Origin: Arcobacteraceae bacterium
Lineage (GTDB): Bacteria; Campylobacterota; Campylobacteria; Campylobacterales; Arcobacteraceae
NCBI GenBank assembly: GCA_963662945.1
Contig: OY759974.1
Location: forward strand, 1,248,001-1,312,000
Direction: 5' to 3'
Length of the DNA stretch: 64,000 nt
Part shown: positions 63,640 through 64,000 of the stretch, in pieces
Layout: the number at the start of each line of letters is the position of its first letter
How positions within the stretch are numbered: the first letter of the stretch is position 1
Translations under genes and position numbers: made by a program
The notes under the pieces: model-generated
What the model was told of the DNA's origin: nothing
The model's input: only the letters and a program-made list of their open reading frames with translations
Databases searched by the model: none

Positions 63640-64000
63640 AACTTGTAATTATTGATTATGGTATGGGAAATATAAAATCACTTATTAGTGCTTATAACTA
63701 TATCGGTGTTCACAATATCATTCTTTCAAATAATTATCAAGAAATTAAATCTGCAGATAAAATATTACTTCCTGGTGTTGGCTCTTTTTTTCAAGCAATG
63801 CAAAATATCAAGAATTTAGAACTTGACAAATATCTCGAAGAAATTGTACTTTCTGATAAAAAACCAATTTTAGGAATTTGTCTGGGGATGCAACTTTTAG
63901 GTTCAAGCAGTGAAGAAGATGGTTTTACAGAAGGATTAAATTTTATCGAAGCAAGCTGTAAAAAATTCAAACAAGCTAATTTAAAAGTACCGCATGTTGG
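63636..64000 (+). CDS. HisH-like glutamine amidotransferase (WbuY-like), partial
   Basis: MKLVIIDYGMGNIKS, LPGVGSF, GICLGMQ; ATGA overlap with the amidotransferase; runs off the window. Confidence 0.88.
   Translation, partial: MKLVIIDYGMGNIKSLISAYNYIGVHNIILSNNYQEIKSADKILLPGVGSFFQAMQNIKNLELDKYLEEIVLSDKKPILGICLGMQLLGSSSEEDGFTEGLNFIEASCKKFKQANLKVPHV

Noticed and set aside
45039-64000. Phase-variable poly-G/C tracts as in Campylobacter glycan loci
   Set aside because: No long G/C runs seen; A/T runs are at background level and all frames are intact

Overview
AT-rich chromosomal window from a Campylobacterota bacterium, most like Arcobacteraceae (inferred from gene content, synteny such as ctpA-purC-purS-purQ-plsC-crcB, AAGGA ribosome-binding sites and TAxAAT/TAxACT -10 boxes). 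Positions 1-45 kb are mostly housekeeping genes (dprA, ilvC, rnr, trxC, holA, rpsF-ssb-rpsR, typA, xer recombinase, coaX, hisG, gpsA, gatB/C, purT, argS, tgt, purC/S/Q, nadD, hemJ). They also hold two tandem chemoreceptors (one broken by an in-frame TAA) and periplasmic rhodanese/SoxH-like/DUF302 genes. Positions 45-64 kb are a legionaminic-acid-type nonulosonic acid cluster. Between legG and ptmE it is split by a ~9 kb, apparently self-promoted cassette (50.1-59.1 kb): a variant GmhA-type isomerase, a glycosyltransferase, two paralogous radical SAM/Twitch enzymes, a split and truncated transketolase, an atypical SDR, a NifU-like small protein, a domain-reversed HldE and an HddC-like nucleotidyltransferase. 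This cassette is the best candidate for an undescribed system, a radical-SAM-tailored higher-carbon (heptose/octose/branched) sugar pathway. Other notable signals are two genes that appear to start at ATA behind good SD sequences, an S6:S18 leader RNA, candidate leaderless genes and unannotated small ORFs. No rRNA, tRNA, CRISPR array or transposase was seen. All assignments come from motif recognition by eye; no database search was run.
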